8,949 bases of DNA, taken from the IMG/VR virus record IMGVR_UViG_2585427710_000015. One strand, written 5' to 3'. The DNA comes from a virus (Duplodnaviria > Heunggongvirae > Uroviricota > Caudoviricetes). Below the pieces are notes generated by a model. It did no database searches, was not told the DNA's origin, and was given only the letters and a program-made list of their open reading frames with translations. The translations under genes and the position numbers were made by a program. Numbering within the stretch: the first letter of the stretch is position 1; each line of letters begins with the position of its first letter. Positions 6,945 to 8,949 of the stretch are shown one piece after another.

Positions 6945-6978
6945 AAGCCCGTGGCATTACTGCTGCGGGCTTTTTTAT
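6945..6978 (+). terminator. Intrinsic terminator downstream of lom, 13 nt upstream of the stf start
   Basis: Imperfect extended hairpin AAGCCCG-UG-GCA uuac UGC-UG-CGGGCUU (6946-6971) followed by UUUUUAUU. No U-run follows it on the minus strand. Confidence 0.6.
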
Positions 6979-6990
6979 TGGTGGAAAGGT

Positions 6991-8949
6991 ATGACGGTTA
7001 AAATTTCTGGTGTGCTGAAGGACGGGGCCGGTAAGCCGGTACCGGGATGCACGATAGAGCTGAAAGCGCGACGCACAACGGAGACGGTGATTGTCACCAC
7101 GGTGGCGTATGGTCAGCCGGGGGAAACCGGCAGTTACAGTATGGATGTTGAGCCGGGGTTGTACCGGGTGACGCTGAACACGGAAGGGTACGCGCCGTCA
7201 TATGTGGGTGACATTCTGGTGAAGGCGGACTCTGCACCGGGAACGCTGAATAAATTTCTGATGGACCTGGAGGACGCACAGTATTACCCGAAAGCCCTTG
7301 CAGAGCTGGAAGCGGTGGCCGCGGAAATCCTGAAACGTGCGGAAGCGTCAGCGGCGAGTGCAGAGGAAGCGAAGAAACGGGCAGAGAATGCGCGGGGACC
7401 GAAGGGGGATAAGGGAGACACCGGGCCACAGGGTATTCCCGGGCCAAAAGGCGATACCGGCGAGCGGGGGCCAAAGGGTGAGCGTGGTGAGAGGGGGCCG
7501 CAGGGGCTTCAGGGTGTGAAAGGTGAACGGGGAGAGAAGGGCGAAAAAGGCGAGCCGGGAGGACCGGATGCGACGACGGCACAGAAGGGAATTGTGCAGT
7601 TAAGCAGCGCAACGGACAGTGATGATGAAACGAAGGCAGCCACCCCGAAAGCGGTGAAAGCGGCAATGGACAAAGCGGACGGATGCCTGGAGAAAGCGAA
7701 AAACGGTGACGATATCCCGGATAAGGTGCAGTTTCTGAACACTGTGGGAGCAGCCAGAGTATACGGGCGGGACATTCATACGGGGGCCGGTGAATGGACC
7801 ACGAGCGAGTTTGTCGCCTGGCTGAAAGCCAAAGGGGCATTTGACCAGCCTTACTGGATGATGAAGGCATCACTGCATGCGGGATTCAATAAGGTCATCA
7901 CGGATGTCGGACCGGGAAAACTTAATCTGGGTGGCTGTGTCATTGAGGTGATGGGGAAGTATGAGGCAGCCATAGTCCGGGTCACCATTGGCGAATACGG
8001 TGCAACGGGGTTTATTAATGGCACGGTCTGTACCTGTACGGTTTACGGCGACACACAGTATTTCCACTGGCGGGTGGATTACAGCACAAAAAACAAACCG
8101 GATACGGTCAGCCAGCGGGATGCCAGCACGACGCAGAAAGGTGTGGTGCAGTTAAGCAGTGATACTGGCAGTAATGACGAAACAAAGGCAGCCACGCCGA
8201 AGGCCGTGAAGGCGGCAATGGATGTGGCAAATGAAGCGAAAACAAAGGCAGAAGAGGCTGCAGCAGGAGGTGGTGTTCCCGGTCCGAAAGGAGATAAAGG
8301 GGACACGGGGCCGGCAGGTCCGGCTGGGCCGAGGGGCCCTCAGGGACCAAAGGGGGATACTGGCGCTCCCGGGGCAAAAGGTGAGAAAGGAGCCACCGGC
8401 GCAACCGGGCCACAGGGAGCAAAAGGGGATAAAGGTGATCCCGGCCCTCAGGGACCAAAGGGGGATGCTGGCGCTCCCGGGGCAAAAGGTGAGAAAGGAG
8501 CCACCGGCGCAACCGGGCCACAGGGAGCAAAAGGGGATAAAGGTGATCCCGGCCCTCAGGGACCAAAGGGGGATACTGGCGCTCCTGGGGCAAAAGGTGA
8601 GAAAGGAGCCACCGGCGCAACCGGGCCACAGGGACCAAAAGGGGATAAAGGTGATCCCGGTCCCCGGGGGGCAACAGGCCCACAGGGACCAGCTGGCTCA
8701 CCGGCAGGTGGTTTGCATGCTGTTGGGGCATTTGTCTTTGCTCAGGCCAGTATAAGTAACAGTGAAAAATATGCCGCAGGTGCCGTGCTTGCGGGAAGTA
8801 AACTGAGAGAATGTAGCATTCAACTGGGCTCTCAGAAAGCAGCCACATTAACCGGTAATACACTGCCAGGAACATGGCGGGTCTGTAGTCCACTTCAGGT
8901 CAGTTCAATATATCCTTACTGTGTGGGGCTGTTTCAGCGTATATCGTGA
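6991..8949 (+). CDS. stf: Side tail fibre protein (Stf-like) with collagen-like Gly-X-Y repeat blocks, 652 aa; the stop codon is the last three bases of the window
   Basis: The N-terminus [28 protein letters not shown] matches recalled lambda Stf ([26 protein letters not shown]). Two copies of the lambda-Stf-like motif [26 protein letters not shown] occur at nt 7573-7677 and 8125-8223. Collagen-like G-X-Y blocks lie at about 7393-7567 and 8269-8710. TGA at 8947-8949 ends the ORF exactly at the window edge, so downstream context such as a tfa gene cannot be seen. Confidence 0.85.
   Translation: MTVKISGVLKDGAGKPVPGCTIELKARRTTETVIVTTVAYGQPGETGSYSMDVEPGLYRVTLNTEGYAPSYVGDILVKADSAPGTLNKFLMDLEDAQYYPKALAELEAVAAEILKRAEASAASAEEAKKRAENARGPKGDKGDTGPQGIPGPKGDTGERGPKGERGERGPQGLQGVKGERGEKGEKGEPGGPDATTAQKGIVQLSSATDSDDETKAATPKAVKAAMDKADGCLEKAKNGDDIPDKVQFLNTVGAARVYGRDIHTGAGEWTTSEFVAWLKAKGAFDQPYWMMKASLHAGFNKVITDVGPGKLNLGGCVIEVMGKYEAAIVRVTIGEYGATGFINGTVCTCTVYGDTQYFHWRVDYSTKNKPDTVSQRDASTTQKGVVQLSSDTGSNDETKAATPKAVKAAMDVANEAKTKAEEAAAGGGVPGPKGDKGDTGPAGPAGPRGPQGPKGDTGAPGAKGEKGATGATGPQGAKGDKGDPGPQGPKGDAGAPGAKGEKGATGATGPQGAKGDKGDPGPQGPKGDTGAPGAKGEKGATGATGPQGPKGDKGDPGPRGATGPQGPAGSPAGGLHAVGAFVFAQASISNSEKYAAGAVLAGSKLRECSIQLGSQKAATLTGNTLPGTWRVCSPLQVSSIYPYCVGLFQRIS
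8341..8664. repeat. Three near-identical tandem copies of a 108-bp unit (36 aa, [36 protein letters not shown]) inside the stf collagen-like block
   Basis: Copies at 8341-8448, 8449-8556 and 8557-8664 differ at only a few positions (gatact/gatgct, ctccc/ctcct, ggagcaaaa/ggaccaaaa). Found by direct reading. Confidence 0.9.

Noticed and set aside
6381-6945. Minus-strand ORF 6381-6788 and plus-strand ORF 6760-6945 (61 aa) overlapping the lom 3' end and the lom-stf spacer
   Set aside because: Out of frame with lom, no RBS, and the plus-strand one runs through the predicted promoter and ends in the terminator stem. It is more plausibly non-coding.
7094-8893. Minus-strand ORFs 7094-7873, 7509-7775, 7870-8067, 8079-8306 and 8108-8893, and plus-strand out-of-frame ORFs 7337-7519 and 8222-8755, within stf
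   Set aside because: These are frame artefacts of the Gly-X-Y repeat DNA (G/C-rich triplet periodicity keeps all frames open) and give Pro/Leu/Arg-rich repetitive translations.

Overview
This window is the distal tail / tail-tip module of a lambda-like (lambdoid) siphophage or prophage, with all six genes on the + strand: L (5'-partial) - K - I - J - lom - stf. Gene order, the 103-nt K/I overlap and the protein sequences are recognisably lambda-like; this was judged by eye against recalled lambda proteins, not by a computed search. The most unusual content is non-coding. A 423-bp AT-rich island sits between I and J, where lambda (as I recall) has only about 60 bp. It holds a leftward promoter (TTCACA-16-TATAAT) and leftward intrinsic terminator that together bracket a candidate ~95-nt small RNA. 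That RNA would be antisense to a tiny ORF with a strong Shine-Dalgarno. The island also carries a perfectly conserved 27-bp direct repeat with CRP-box-like half-sites, and a rightward terminator 43 nt upstream of J. A second promoter/terminator pair lies between lom and stf. stf contains two collagen-like Gly-X-Y blocks, including three near-identical 108-bp tandem repeats, and an internal duplication of a lambda-Stf-like fibre motif.
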